A program made the translations under genes and the position numbers. The notes under the pieces are model-generated. The model was given only the letters and a program-made list of their open reading frames with translations. It was not told the DNA's origin and made no database searches. From the NCBI GenBank assembly GCA_951406725.2, contig OX597817.1:38998001-39062000 (forward strand): a DNA stretch of 64,000 bases. The letters run 5' to 3'. This stretch comes from Octopus vulgaris (Eukaryota). This document shows, one piece after another, positions 50,001 to 57,732 of the stretch (position 1 is its first letter; every line of letters starts with the position of its first letter).

Positions 50001-51574
50001 GAACATAAATTGTGACTAAGGTTTGTTGGAAGATTTTAATTCAAAACTTATGAAAACAAGACATTTGTACTCAGAGCCAGAGCCGGTTTCAGCCGGGTTT
50101 GTAATGAAAGGGTTAATGAAATGTTATAAATCCATGTTTTTGGTAGTTTATCTTTATGCATCATCATCATCACCATCATTTCACATCTGCTTTCCAAGCT
50201 GCCATGGGTTTGATAGTTTAACAAGATCCAACAGTGTCAAAGTACCACATCTAGTTCCAGTGTTTGAGTTTGGGGTGTAGCTTCAATGGCTGGCTGCCCT
50301 TCCTAATGCCAGTAACTCTATAGCATGCACTGGGTACTTTTTTGTCATGGCACTGGCATTAGTTAGGTTATCATGCAGCTTGTAAGACTATGAACTCTGA
50401 AGGTGCAACTTTATGCAAGGAGATGTGGGTTGTAGTTAGTTGTAGGTGTGGCTATATGGTAAGTTTGCTTCCCAACCACATGGTTCTGGGTTCAGTCCCA
50501 CTGCATGGCACCTTGGGCAAGTATCTTCAACTATTGCCTCAGGCTGATGATAGTGGATTTGGTAGATGAAAACTGAAAGAAACCTGTCATGTGTGCATGT
50601 GTGTGTGTTGAGTATTTTTGGGTTTGTTTCCCACCACTGCTTGGCGACCAATGTTGGTTTACCTCCATCTCTCTAACTTAGCAGTTCAGCTTAACAAACG
50701 AATAGAATAAGCACCAGGCCTTGAAAAGAAAATAAGTATTAGGATTGATTTGTTCAACTAAAACCCTTCAAGACAGTGCCCTAGCATGGCTGCAGCTCAT
50801 TGACTGAAACAAAAGATAAAAGGAGGGGCCATCTACAAACTACTCACATTTTAGAAGAGGTTGGAGCTGGAAAACATTAATATTATGATTTCAGTTAATC
50901 ATTGACTAGATAGCATTATAAAGTATTTGATATTCTCAAGTATTTTAGGACATATTTTCAAACAATATACACAATTGTCTGGTTTTCAAGGATCACCAAA
51001 CTTATCAGTAGAAATTGAAACAAAAATACAATATTAGCTATTTGACTTTACTAATGCATCCATTCACTGAAGTCAATTATCATCATCATTATTTAACGTC
51101 CGTTTTCCATGCTGGTATGGGTTGGACAGTTTGACTGAGGCCTGGAAAGCTAGCTGCTGCACCAGACTCCAATCTGATTTGGCAATGTTTCTACAGCTGG
51201 ATGCCCTTCCTAACACCAACCAGTCTGGGAGTGTAGTGGGTGTTTTTTACATACCACTGGAATGAGAGCCAGTCAGGCGGCCCTGGCATCAATCATGTTC
51301 AGATAGTGTTTTTTTACGTGCCACCAGCATGGGAACCAGTCAGATGGACCAAATATTTAATATATTCAAAGTTTCAAGAACTGTTTGTGTCTTTAATGTA
51401 ATATTTGATCTCTTTTAACATGACTGTTAATTGAAAAATGGTTCTGTTCCATTTCAGCTTGGGTTAAATGATAAAGAAATCTTGCAAGAAATACTTCTCT
51501 TACAAGAAACTACAGAGATTGGAAATACATCTTTTCACTCAAAAGAAGATATTCTATCAAAGGAAGAAATGTGA
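456..51574 (+). CDS. CFAP70: Cilia- and flagella-associated protein 70 (TTC18), 5'-partial, 22 exons: 456-583,1227-1376,5864-5948,6140-6212,8616-8677,12206-12322,13669-13829,17317-17377,19500-19561,20684-20746,26207-26345,29711-29896,30203-30283,34184-34236,34793-34908,36312-36524,39232-39377,42200-42352,44024-44185,47092-47181,47705-47854,51458-51574
   Basis: Exons joined at AG/GT sites give one phase-consistent ORF (2568 nt, 855 aa + TGA). It contains recognisable CFAP70 motifs: [85 protein letters not shown], and C-terminal TPRs ([31 protein letters not shown]). Confidence 0.93.
640..1032 (+). mobile_element. tRNA-derived SINE (family A; many copies in window)
   Basis: Head GTGTGGCTGTGTGGTAAGAAG...GGTTCAGTCCC (A/B-box-like), central (TG)n, tail CAGCATGGCC...GACTGAAACAAGTAAAA. 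Copies at about 12771-13148(-), 19885-20330(-), 21990-22390(-), 25520-25925(-), 50440-50820(+), 56140-56540(-), 57124-57732(+). Confidence 0.8.
1227..1376 (+). CDS. CFAP70: CFAP70 exon ([14 protein letters not shown]...[10 protein letters not shown])
   Basis: ttttag/ acceptor, /gtatgt donor, phase matches neighbours. Confidence 0.88.
2796..5037 (+). mobile_element. Helitron, 5'-truncated; frameshifted PIF1-family helicase pseudogene plus intact 3' terminus
   Basis: Overlapping ORFs 2710-4217 carry [52 protein letters not shown] and [13 protein letters not shown]. The 3' end has hairpin CCCGAGCATCGCCGGG (5010-5025), then CTAG|T (5034-5037). Confidence 0.92.
5140..5775 (+). mobile_element. Two adjacent SINEs (family B, GGCGAGCTGGCAGAAACGTTAGCAC...GAGTTCAAATTC)
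   Basis: Repeated B-box-like head and TTGCCTTTCATCCTTTC...GATAAATTAAGTACC core. Further copies at 48617-48835 and 49265-49625. Confidence 0.75.
5864..5948 (+). CDS. CFAP70: CFAP70 exon ([17 protein letters not shown]...)
   Basis: ggcag/ acceptor, /gtatgt donor. Confidence 0.85.
6140..6212 (+). CDS. CFAP70: CFAP70 exon ([24 protein letters not shown])
   Basis: tttaag/ acceptor, /gtaagt donor, conserved motif. Confidence 0.88.
6967..8197 (+). mobile_element. Near full-length, degenerate mariner element
   Basis: 27-bp TIRs TCAGGTCATCCCATAAGTTCTGTCCGA and TA TSDs. Transposase motifs [18 protein letters not shown] and [10 protein letters not shown] are interrupted by stops and frameshifts. Confidence 0.95.
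8616..8677 (+). CDS. CFAP70: CFAP70 exon ([21 protein letters not shown])
   Basis: tacag/ acceptor, /gtataa donor. Confidence 0.87.
8948..10002. mobile_element. hAT-type non-autonomous element containing a nested tRNA-headed SINE (~9166-9480)
   Basis: 8-bp TSD TGTGGTAT (8940-8947 / 10003-10010), imperfect TIR TAGTGGCAGCT / AGCCACCACTG. Confidence 0.65.
10096..11925 (-). mobile_element. RTE-clade LINE 3' part (ORF end, long repetitive 3' UTR, (GAT)n tail)
   Basis: ORF 11509-11949 has [16 protein letters not shown] and GRGRPRKTW. 3' UTR fragments of the same family recur at about 1430-1665, 30455-30927, 51075-51350 and 62820-63100. Confidence 0.85.
10176..10821 (+). mobile_element. 5'-truncated RTE-like LINE inserted in the opposite-strand RTE
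   Basis: Open ORF ([18 protein letters not shown]), (TGA)n tail, 12-bp TSD TGGACGATTTGA (10164-10175 / 10822-10833). Confidence 0.88.
12206..12322 (+). CDS. CFAP70: CFAP70 exon ([10 protein letters not shown]...KESKK)
   Basis: ttcag/ acceptor, /gtaatg donor, phase 0-0; weakly conserved segment. Confidence 0.75.
13391..13602. mobile_element. mariner-derived MITE
   Basis: TIR CGAGGAGTGCTGAAAAGTT / AACTTTTCAGCACCCCCTCA, TA flanks. Confidence 0.75.
13669..13829 (+). CDS. CFAP70: CFAP70 exon (...[28 protein letters not shown]...)
   Basis: tgtag/ acceptor, /gtaagt donor, conserved motif. Confidence 0.88.
13890..16450 (-). mobile_element. Degenerate restriction-like-endonuclease non-LTR retrotransposon (HERO-like), internally deleted
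   Basis: RT motifs ([19 protein letters not shown]), [11 protein letters not shown], zinc-knuckle remnant [19 protein letters not shown] motif [14 protein letters not shown]. Confidence 0.8.
17317..17377 (+). CDS. CFAP70: CFAP70 exon ([20 protein letters not shown])
   Basis: tttcag/ acceptor, /gtaagt donor. Confidence 0.9.
17807..18935 (-). mobile_element. Degenerate mariner (irritans-like) relic
   Basis: [21 protein letters not shown] and [16 protein letters not shown] motifs, many disruptions; ends approximate. Confidence 0.75.
19500..19561 (+). CDS. CFAP70: CFAP70 exon ([21 protein letters not shown])
   Basis: ttctag/ acceptor, /gtgagc donor. Confidence 0.88.
20087..20175. repeat. (CA)n microsatellite within a SINE
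   Basis: About 40 CA units. Confidence 0.95.
20684..20746 (+). CDS. CFAP70: CFAP70 exon ([21 protein letters not shown])
   Basis: ttcaag/ acceptor, /gtaaga donor, phase 2-2. Confidence 0.78.
21105..21839 (-). mobile_element. Tc1/mariner-superfamily relic (one TIR, truncated transposase)
   Basis: TA-CAGGGTGAGTGGAAAGTAA terminus; SGCPTT..ENVATV..KSTHQ..L.F.PWK...QELKPED HTH-linker and a RSPDL-like remnant. Confidence 0.7.
23108..23585. repeat. 129-bp direct repeats (23108-23236, 23422-23550) around a tRNA-like unit, plus a 29-bp inverted tail
   Basis: Read directly from sequence; 23557-23585 is the exact reverse complement of 23492-23520. Confidence 0.85.
23277..23359 (-). ncRNA. tRNA-like (CAT anticodon) Pol III-type element, probably pseudo-tRNA / SINE head
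   Basis: A box TAGCTTAATTGG, T-arm GTGAG-TTCAGGT-CTCAT, CAT in loop, ends in CCA, T7 run 4 nt downstream. The acceptor and anticodon stems are imperfect. Confidence 0.55.
23620..24560 (+). mobile_element. Degenerate mariner relic
   Basis: [48 protein letters not shown]; left TIR-like TTGGGTTAGCTAAAAAG. Confidence 0.75.
24981..25387. mobile_element. Fold-back / palindromic MITE with an expanded (ATT)n in one arm
   Basis: Ends TCTTGGGAGGGTCATT / AATGACTCTCCCAAGA; imperfect inverted symmetry along nearly the whole length. Confidence 0.75.
26207..26345 (+). CDS. CFAP70: CFAP70 exon ([36 protein letters not shown]...)
   Basis: ttctag/ acceptor, /gtacaa donor, strongly conserved. Confidence 0.92.
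27540..28385. mobile_element. Nested SINEs: + strand copy interrupted by a - strand copy (27745-28160)
   Basis: Head at 27540-27720 and tail at 28160-28385 flank a complete antisense family-A SINE. Confidence 0.75.
29711..29896 (+). CDS. CFAP70: CFAP70 exon ([15 protein letters not shown]...FAEEAEMNG...YHEE)
   Basis: ttcaag/ acceptor, /gtatgt donor. Confidence 0.92.
30203..30283 (+). CDS. CFAP70: CFAP70 exon ([20 protein letters not shown]...)
   Basis: ttttcag/ acceptor, /gtagga donor. Confidence 0.9.
31056..31503. repeat. ~90-bp direct repeats (31056-31146, 31414-31503) flanking a hammerhead-like motif
   Basis: TTAGAGAACACCCATGTTTAGGTGG...ATAGAGATTTTCT present twice, period about 358 bp. 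Confidence 0.8.
34184..34236 (+). CDS. CFAP70: CFAP70 exon ([18 protein letters not shown])
   Basis: ataag/ acceptor, /gtatgt donor, TPR-like. Confidence 0.85.
34355..34443. repeat. (TATG)n microsatellite
   Basis: About 22 units. Confidence 0.95.
34793..34908 (+). CDS. CFAP70: CFAP70 exon (LLLVGIL...ETFFEAA...GWTLL)
   Basis: tttcag/ acceptor, /gtaagt donor. Confidence 0.9.
35255..35570 (+). mobile_element. RTE LINE reverse-transcriptase fragment
   Basis: [28 protein letters not shown]. Confidence 0.85.
36312..36524 (+). CDS. CFAP70: CFAP70 exon ([19 protein letters not shown]...)
   Basis: tgtag/ acceptor, /gttaga donor. Confidence 0.87.
36844..36923 (-). ncRNA. Minimal type-I hammerhead ribozyme-like motif (Penelope-associated type)
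   Basis: - strand: UUC-CUGAAGU-[12-bp stem GAAAGGCACAAU/AUUGUGCCUUUC]-GAAA-C-ACGU-G-UA-GAA. Confidence 0.6.
37182..37878 (-). mobile_element. Two head-to-tail non-autonomous Helitrons (37182-37481, 37484-37878) in a (TA)n tract
   Basis: Each has 5' TCTTTATATATAAAAG and 3' hairpin CCCGAGCAACGCCGGG followed by CTAG. Confidence 0.88.
38090..38324. mobile_element. MITE with ~65-bp TIRs
   Basis: TGGAGTAAAGATTG...GGCAGTCCTGGTTTAGGAC mirrored at the right end. Confidence 0.75.
39232..39377 (+). CDS. CFAP70: CFAP70 exon (IRPDIRVK...[17 protein letters not shown])
   Basis: tttag/ acceptor, /gtaatt donor. Confidence 0.85.
40809..41035. repeat. ~63-bp inverted repeat pair between (TA)n tracts
   Basis: ACCACTATGTGGACACCCTAATGCTAGAAGTA and its reverse complement. 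Confidence 0.85.
41565..42060. mobile_element. hAT-family MITE
   Basis: TIR CAGGGGTCACCAAA / TTTGGTGACCCCTG, perfect 8-bp TSD ATTTAGAT. Confidence 0.9.
42200..42352 (+). CDS. CFAP70: CFAP70 exon ([11 protein letters not shown]...[15 protein letters not shown])
   Basis: cctag/ acceptor, /gtgagt donor, TPR. Confidence 0.9.
42587..42850. mobile_element. hAT-family MITE
   Basis: TIR CAATGCTACTCAAA / TTTGAGAAGCACTG, 8-bp TSD ACTTAGAC. Confidence 0.85.
43409..43974 (-). mobile_element. Tandemly duplicated Helitron 5'-end fragments (unit about 337 bp)
   Basis: Two copies ending in the reverse complement of TCTATATATATA..G(A/T)TGAGAATGTGTG. Confidence 0.65.
44024..44185 (+). CDS. CFAP70: CFAP70 exon ([14 protein letters not shown]...[16 protein letters not shown])
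   Basis: tttgag/ acceptor, /gtaatg donor, TPR. Confidence 0.88.
44700..46400 (-). mobile_element. Highly degenerate CR1/L2-like LINE remnant
   Basis: Scattered RT-like remnants (e.g. [12 protein letters not shown], resembling a decayed 'LDIAKAFD' motif); ends approximate. Confidence 0.4.
47092..47181 (+). CDS. CFAP70: CFAP70 exon ([30 protein letters not shown])
   Basis: attag/ acceptor, /gtgagt donor. Confidence 0.9.
47705..47854 (+). CDS. CFAP70: CFAP70 exon ([19 protein letters not shown]...[11 protein letters not shown])
   Basis: cctag/ acceptor, /gtaagt donor. Confidence 0.92.
48059..48267. mobile_element. piggyBac-type MITE
   Basis: TTAA flanks, TIR (G)CCTTTAGCATT / AATGCTAAAGAG. 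Confidence 0.7.
48324..48549. mobile_element. pogo/Tigger-like MITE
   Basis: TA-CAGTAATTCCTCG ... CGAGGGATTACTG-TA. Confidence 0.8.
49893..50112. mobile_element. piggyBac-type MITE
   Basis: TTAA TSD, TIR CCCTTTCGTTAC / GTAATGAAAGGG. Confidence 0.82.
51458..51574 (+). CDS. CFAP70: CFAP70 terminal coding exon ([12 protein letters not shown]...EEM*)
   Basis: tttcag/ acceptor, TGA at 51572-51574. Confidence 0.85.
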   Translation, partial: LGLNDKEILQEILLLQETTEIGNTSFHSKEDILSKEEM

Positions 51575-51771
51575 ATGTAGTTACCAGAACAGAAGAAATA
51601 GGCTGTGTCTCTTCACTTACAAAAGGATTAACTTTTATGAATTGTTTGCATTAATACTTATATTTTCCTATGGGGATATATTAATTCACTTTAATTATCA
51701 TCATATATAACAATAATTAAAATGAATTTTAATGTGAACAAAAAATATCTTGAAATACTTTGTTTTCTGGT

Positions 51772-51777
51772 AATAAA
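51772..51777 (+). terminator. Putative polyadenylation signal of CFAP70
   Basis: AATAAA about 200 nt after the stop codon. Confidence 0.45.
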
Positions 51778-53704
51778 AATTTATTTCACAAAAGAAACTG
51801 AAATAGCCAATCAAACTTCCTGAAAGGAACCTCATTTATGTGTGTTTTGGAACATATTTTATTATTCTTTGAGAATTTCTTAGCCAAGGACAAACCATTG
51901 ATACTTATCAAACTATTATTTGTTGACTTGGAGAAGCTCTTAGATAAAGGAGCAAAGTACCTTATCAAGGAAAACTAGGAAAGCAAAACAGCTTGTGAAA
52001 GTTTTGCAAACCATATACATGAATGATCAGTAAAGTAAGAGTTAGGAACAAATCCACTGAGGAATCTAGTGTATAGATTGACCAAGACTGTCTGTTTAAT
52101 GAAACTCCTAGAAGCAAATGTTAAGGTTCTCATAGCTCAAATAATCAAGAATTGGAGAAATATTTTCTTTAAACCTCTTCATTTAAGAGGCCTAAAGGTC
52201 AATTTAACAAAAGAGAAAACAACACTATTCACAGTGATTAGAATGAGGTGGTCATACTGGATATGTATAAAGTGAGTAGCAGGAACTATATACTACGTAT
52301 CTAATGCAAACAATGGGCCTGTAAAAGATGCTGTGGGATTTATAGTAGGTTAACAAAGAAATATTTCATATGTAATAAGGCAAGCTGGCAACAGGAGCAG
52401 CTAAGAAATGAAGAAATAGTTGATAAATTCTGTTACCTAGGTGACCAGATGAGCAATGGAGGTGTGTGTGTTGAAAGTATAGTAACCAGAGTAAGACAGG
52501 GTGGGAAAATGTTCATGATGCTATTATCTCTGTTCATAACAAGGCATCTCTCCTTTTGAGTTGAAGGTTAATTGTATGATGCTTGTGTATGAAATGTGAC
52601 ATTGCATGGTTATGAGATATGGGTGCTGAATATGAAGGATATGCAAAGGCAGGAAAGAATGGAGGCAAGAATGCCCCCTGGATGCATAATGTCGGTATGT
52701 AAGAAAGATAAAGCACAAGCTTACAGAGGAGAACTGGATATTTGTTATAATACACAATCACAAACACTGCAATGACAAGGAGATGGAAAGTGTGTGTATG
52801 TGAAGAATGATATTTAGGTGATAAAAACATCAAATGATGCTCTTATAAAGAATCTGCAAAAGTGGAAAACAAAAAAGATATGAATAGAAGAATGAGGACT
52901 GATCCTCATAAAAAAAAGAAGTCCTACCCATGGAAAATCAGATGTAAAAACGATGTTAATCTCATTTACATGTAGATAAAGAAAATAAAATTATCTGTTA
53001 TAAAATAAGGAAAAAGTTTATAAAATTTAACAAATTTAACGGCCGATGCACAGATATTTTTAAATGGCGGTGCCCCAGCATGGCCACAGCTCATGAGCTG
53101 AAACTAGAATCAATCAATCAATCAAACAAAGAAGGCTATCCTGTCACCACCCCATACATCCAGGTTTCACCAGTCACTACATTCCCCTCCCACCTTTTGG
53201 CATCCACATGAACTCCCTTCTCACACACCCTGGACAATCCTCTATCATCCCATTTATATTCACATTCTTGTACCTTGTGAATATGCCCTGGCACATTGTC
53301 ACCATCTCTCTTGCTCTTTCCTGCTGATTGCGATAATCATGTATCTTCATTATAGCAAGACACCTGTTTCTGTCCCTCTGTCATACTCTAACCTCTCATC
53401 AGTTGGCATAAAGCCACCTCCTTCAATATCCCCTTTCTCAAAGGATCTTTGTCTTGCAAGTTACTCAGTCTACTCTGTAAGGTGGTTGGTGTTAGGATGG
53501 GCATCCAGCCATAAAAACCATGCCAAAACAGATAGTGGAGCTTGGTGCAGTCCTCTGGCTTGTTTGCTTCTGTCCAGGTGTCCAACCCATGCCGGCATAG
53601 AAGACAGATGTTAAATGAATGATGATGATGATGATTATGATGAAGATGACATACCATGATGTCTGGATAAAAACAAAACTTGATTTAAAACAAAATTTAA
53701 AATT

Positions 53705-53710
53705 TTTATT
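53705..53710 (-). terminator. Putative polyadenylation signal of the MoaC gene
   Basis: AATAAA on the - strand about 20 nt after TAA, followed by T-rich sequence. Confidence 0.45.
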
Positions 53711-53730
53711 GTTATAACATTTATATACAT

Positions 53731-54504
53731 TTATATTGCATTTTCTTTTTCATCATATGAAGCATTGAAGTCAGTTTTACCTCCAGTCTTTGAGAGAAGC
53801 TTAATATCACTAATAACCATATTTTTATTAACTGCTTTACACATGTCATATATGGTGAGCAAACTCACAGATACTGCCATTAAAGCTTCCATTTCAACTC
53901 CTGTCTGAGCCAGCGTATGGACTTCTGATGTTACACGCACACAGTATTCAGCTTCATTCATTTGAAAAGTTAACTCTGCTTTAGCCACAGGAATGCTATG
54001 ACATAATGGAATGAAACGACTGGTTTCTTTAGCTGCCATTATTCCAGCTATATCTGCAACAATAAGGGCTGACCCTTTCTTAAGTTCATTTTCTTGTAGG
54101 AGTTTGAATACTGTTTCACCAATATAGATGACCCCAGTTGCTTTGGCAATACGATGAGTCACTGATTTTTCACCAACATCAACCATGTTTATTTTACCGG
54201 AGACGTTCATATGACTAAAACTACTCTTTTTGGTTTGCAGTGTATTTGTGCTCTTTGTACAGAGTGAATGGTAGATCTGATTGGCATTGCTGGGAAAACT
54301 ACAAAGGGAAGTTTCAGATAACTCAAGAGGTGACAACAAACTCTTAGTTGTGGCTTGTATGGAAGGATGTTTTGTCAAAAGTGTGTTATAGAACCTATTA
54401 GATTTAATACATTTTAGGATAAAATTACATTCTTCTGAAGTTTTGGCTGACAGTTGACTTTTGTGAAACAAAAGTTGGCAACAAGGAAATATTCTTCGAA
54501 ACAT
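53731..54504 (-). CDS. MOCS1: Cyclic pyranopterin monophosphate synthase (MoaC / MOCS1B-type) with N-terminal mitochondrial-presequence-like extension
   Basis: 257-aa intact ORF with MoaC motifs SHM..SGKINMVDV, LKKG, AGIMAAKETSRFIPLCH, TGVEMEAL, TIYDMCKAV and KTGGK. The ~95-aa N-terminal extension is rich in R/K/S/L. A splice acceptor (ttttcag) lies 16 nt upstream of the ATG. Confidence 0.93.
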   Translation of the reverse strand: MFRRIFPCCQLLFHKSQLSAKTSEECNFILKCIKSNRFYNTLLTKHPSIQATTKSLLSPLELSETSLCSFPSNANQIYHSLCTKSTNTLQTKKSSFSHMNVSGKINMVDVGEKSVTHRIAKATGVIYIGETVFKLLQENELKKGSALIVADIAGIMAAKETSRFIPLCHSIPVAKAELTFQMNEAEYCVRVTSEVHTLAQTGVEMEALMAVSVSLLTIYDMCKAVNKNMVISDIKLLSKTGGKTDFNASYDEKENAI

Positions 54505-57286
54505 GTTAAGTTTCCGCTATCTGAAAATGGAACAGACAAAATTATATTAAAAATATGGAAAATGAATGTGTGTGTGTGTGTGTACATATGTAAGTGGAAA
54601 GAAAAAGGAAACAAAAAAAAAAGAGGTTAAGTTCACAATCAATCTTAGCTTGATTCTCAGAGAAATACAAGAGATAATGACTAAGTTTTGAACATTGCAC
54701 TTCATCAGATAGTGGAAGAAGGAAGGAAAGACCATAAAAAAAAACTGGGAAAAGAAAACATAAAAAATAGGGAAATATATATTGGTGCATTTGTAAATTT
54801 TATGACATAGAAAGTAAATCTGCAAACATTATAAAAGAACTCCATACAGGAGATCAAGTATATCTTTGTGTGTGTGCATGCACACATGCAGCAATCCTTC
54901 ATATTATGGTTTAAACTCAAATGAAAGTATTCACAGAAACCAGAACAATGATTCAAACACAAATGTCCTTAAATTTTCTAAAGGAACTAAAATCAATGCT
55001 TCAAATCCCTCTTCAAAAACATTGTATTTCTGCTGAACTAAGTGCAATAACTTTATTGATGAAAAAGTATGTTGGTAAACAGTGAGAATTCAACCAAAGC
55101 CTACTGAAGTGGAGATATCATAATCAGTATTACAATTAGAGTTAAATGTTTGGAGTTTCAATGAGAATACAAGTTCACATGTTTCCCCTGGTTACATGCA
55201 CATTTTTGGATAGTGTGATCCATAGCAGCTCATCTTGTTGAGCATTAACCTTTACAAAAGATCTACTGACCAAGTCACCCCTGATTACTGTAGTAGACAT
55301 AGCCTGGATTTGAAGTGGGTTCTAGAGACATGCTTTAAAAAAAAAGCTAAGGGGTGCTGCTTTCTTTCACTGGTCTTCCAGTTGCTAAATACTAATGCTA
55401 AATAATCGCTGAACCTACACTAGGTCCAGCTGTCCTTTTGACAGGCCTTGCTCTTAGTCCTGCTGGGTTTCAAGCAACTCACCACGCCAGACATGCCTAG
55501 TGAGGGTGCCAGTTTAGTTGCTAATGACCTGACCATGTAACACAGGTTGTACTGGATTCCATGTCATCAATAGCATGCATGAGAAACCTCACAAGTGACT
55601 TGAAACTTACAACTGATCTTTAGACAACAGTGTTTAGAAAACTAGGCAAACGCTTATTACAAGGGAGTTTGGATGTCAGTAACCCTCCTTTAGAGGTTAT
55701 GGTGCTTTCCTGCTTGATGTCACCATAGCAGGGAAAATAAGTACTTCCAATGAATCTTGTAAATTTAAGATACTGAGCTCCAAGATCTGTGAGTGGGTGA
55801 TAAAGATGAATAAGGACCCCAGAAAAGAATACTAGGATAGTTTTCATATTTTATTGTAATTTAACTAAGATGTGAATATCAATTTTTTATCTTACCCAGT
55901 TTAAAAAATATGGCAACATAATATTTTCAGTTTTGTCAGTAAGTTAGAATTCCCAGTATCTGCATTGATAAAATACTTAGCCTATGACATTGCATTTTCA
56001 ATAACATTTATACAGCACTTACTGGACCCTGTATATGTTCCTTCAGACAAGAATAAAATCAAAAATTCTAAACATGACTCCCCAAACTATAGACCAATTT
56101 TGATTATATCAGTTAGCTCTGAAACAGTCAAACATATCTCTTTACTCTCTCTTTTTACTCTTTTATTTGTTTCAGTCATGTGACTGTGGCTATGCTGGAG
56201 CACCGCCTTTGGTCGAGCAAATCGACCCCAGGACTTATTCTTTGTAAGCCTAGTACTTATTCTATTGGTCTCTTTTGCCGAACTGCTAAGTTACGGGGAC
56301 GTAAACACACCAGCATTGGTTGTCAAGCGATGTTGGGGAGGACAAACACAAACATACATATATATATACACATATACGACGGGCTTCTTTCAGTTTCCAT
56401 CTACCAAATCCACTCACAAGGCTTTGGTTGGCCTGAGGCTATAGTAGAATCACTTGCCCTAGGTGCCACGCAGTGGGACTGAACCCGGAACCATGTGGTT
56501 CATAAGCAAGCTACTTACCACACAGCCACTCCTACGTCTATAGTCACAAGTAACATCAAGAGCCACCTAGATGCTAGTAAAATTATCAATGAATATCAGC
56601 ATGGCTTTAAAGCATAATATAACTTGAAAAGTGGGAATGGTAGTAAATGAACAGTAACCTTTATATTACTGGGAATACCATAGGATTTGGGGCTGAGACC
56701 AGTCATTCTTCTTACACATATATAGCTTGCCTAAAGTAATCACCTCCTCCTCACTAAAACTTTTTGCAGACAACCTCTTGATAACTAAACCCATAGATAT
56801 CAACATAGATACACATTCCTTATTGTAAATCAAATCCCCATTGAAACTTGGGCCAGTATATGGCAAATAAAATTTCATACCTCCAAACATGTAGCAGCCA
56901 CAATTGGCCTTCTGGAACATTAACAACCCAATAAAAAGCATTTAAACTGAATTAACCAATTTAAATAATTTGCTGTTGCCATCACTAACAGTCTAAGTTT
57001 TGACTGACAACTCTTTATATTTATGGCTGTAAATTAAAAAGATATACACTACAAATACAAATGATACTAAATTTTCTAAAAAGACAAGGATACTTCAGAC
57101 ATTCATGTGTAATAATGCTTTTTTGTGGCTGTGTGGTAAGAAGCTTGCTTCCCAACCACATGGTTCTAGGTTCAGTCCCTCTGTGTGGCACCTTGGGTAA
57201 GTGTCTTCTACTATAGTCCCAGACCTACCAACTTAGTAGTTCGGCAAAAGCGATCAATCGAATAAATACCAGGTTTAAAAATAAAC

Positions 57287-57622
57287 GGGGCTAATGCTGT
57301 TTTGCACCTCTCCTTGAAAAATGCATCTTTTGGGATTTATACGTTTTAGATGACGGGGATTACAAATATGCAAAAAAAGATTTTTTAAAATTTCATCCCC
57401 ACCACAAATTTGTGATTTTGTTTACTTTAAAGAGATCGTAGAGAATTGACGAACATAGGTAAATCGAAATTAAAAGAGAAACAAACATTAAGTATTTAAT
57501 AATCAAATTTTAATTTTTTGCATATTCGTTCGTAATCTCCAACATCTAAAATGTAGGAATCTGAAAAAAACTTTTTAAAAAAATGCATTTTTCAAGGAGA
57601 GGTATGAAACTGCATTAGCCCC
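57287..57622. mobile_element. MITE with long TIRs inserted in a SINE
   Basis: GGGGCTAATGC...CCTCTCCTTGAAAAATGCAT mirrored at the right end. Confidence 0.8.
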
Positions 57623-57732
57623 CCCAAAAAAACAAACTAGGTACTGTGGTGGATTCATTCAACTAAAAATTCTTCAAGGTGGTGCACCAGCATGGTCGCA
57701 GTCTAATGACTGAAACGAGTAAAAGATAAAAT

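Noticed and set aside
53731-54504. Bacterial horizontal transfer or contamination of moaC
   Set aside because: Host-like AT content, upstream splice acceptor, AATAAA and presequence-like extension; animal MOCS1B is also encoded within one terminal exon
56666-56941. 91-aa - strand ORF as a possible MOCS1A exon
   Set aside because: No recognisable MoaA motif and no convincing splice context
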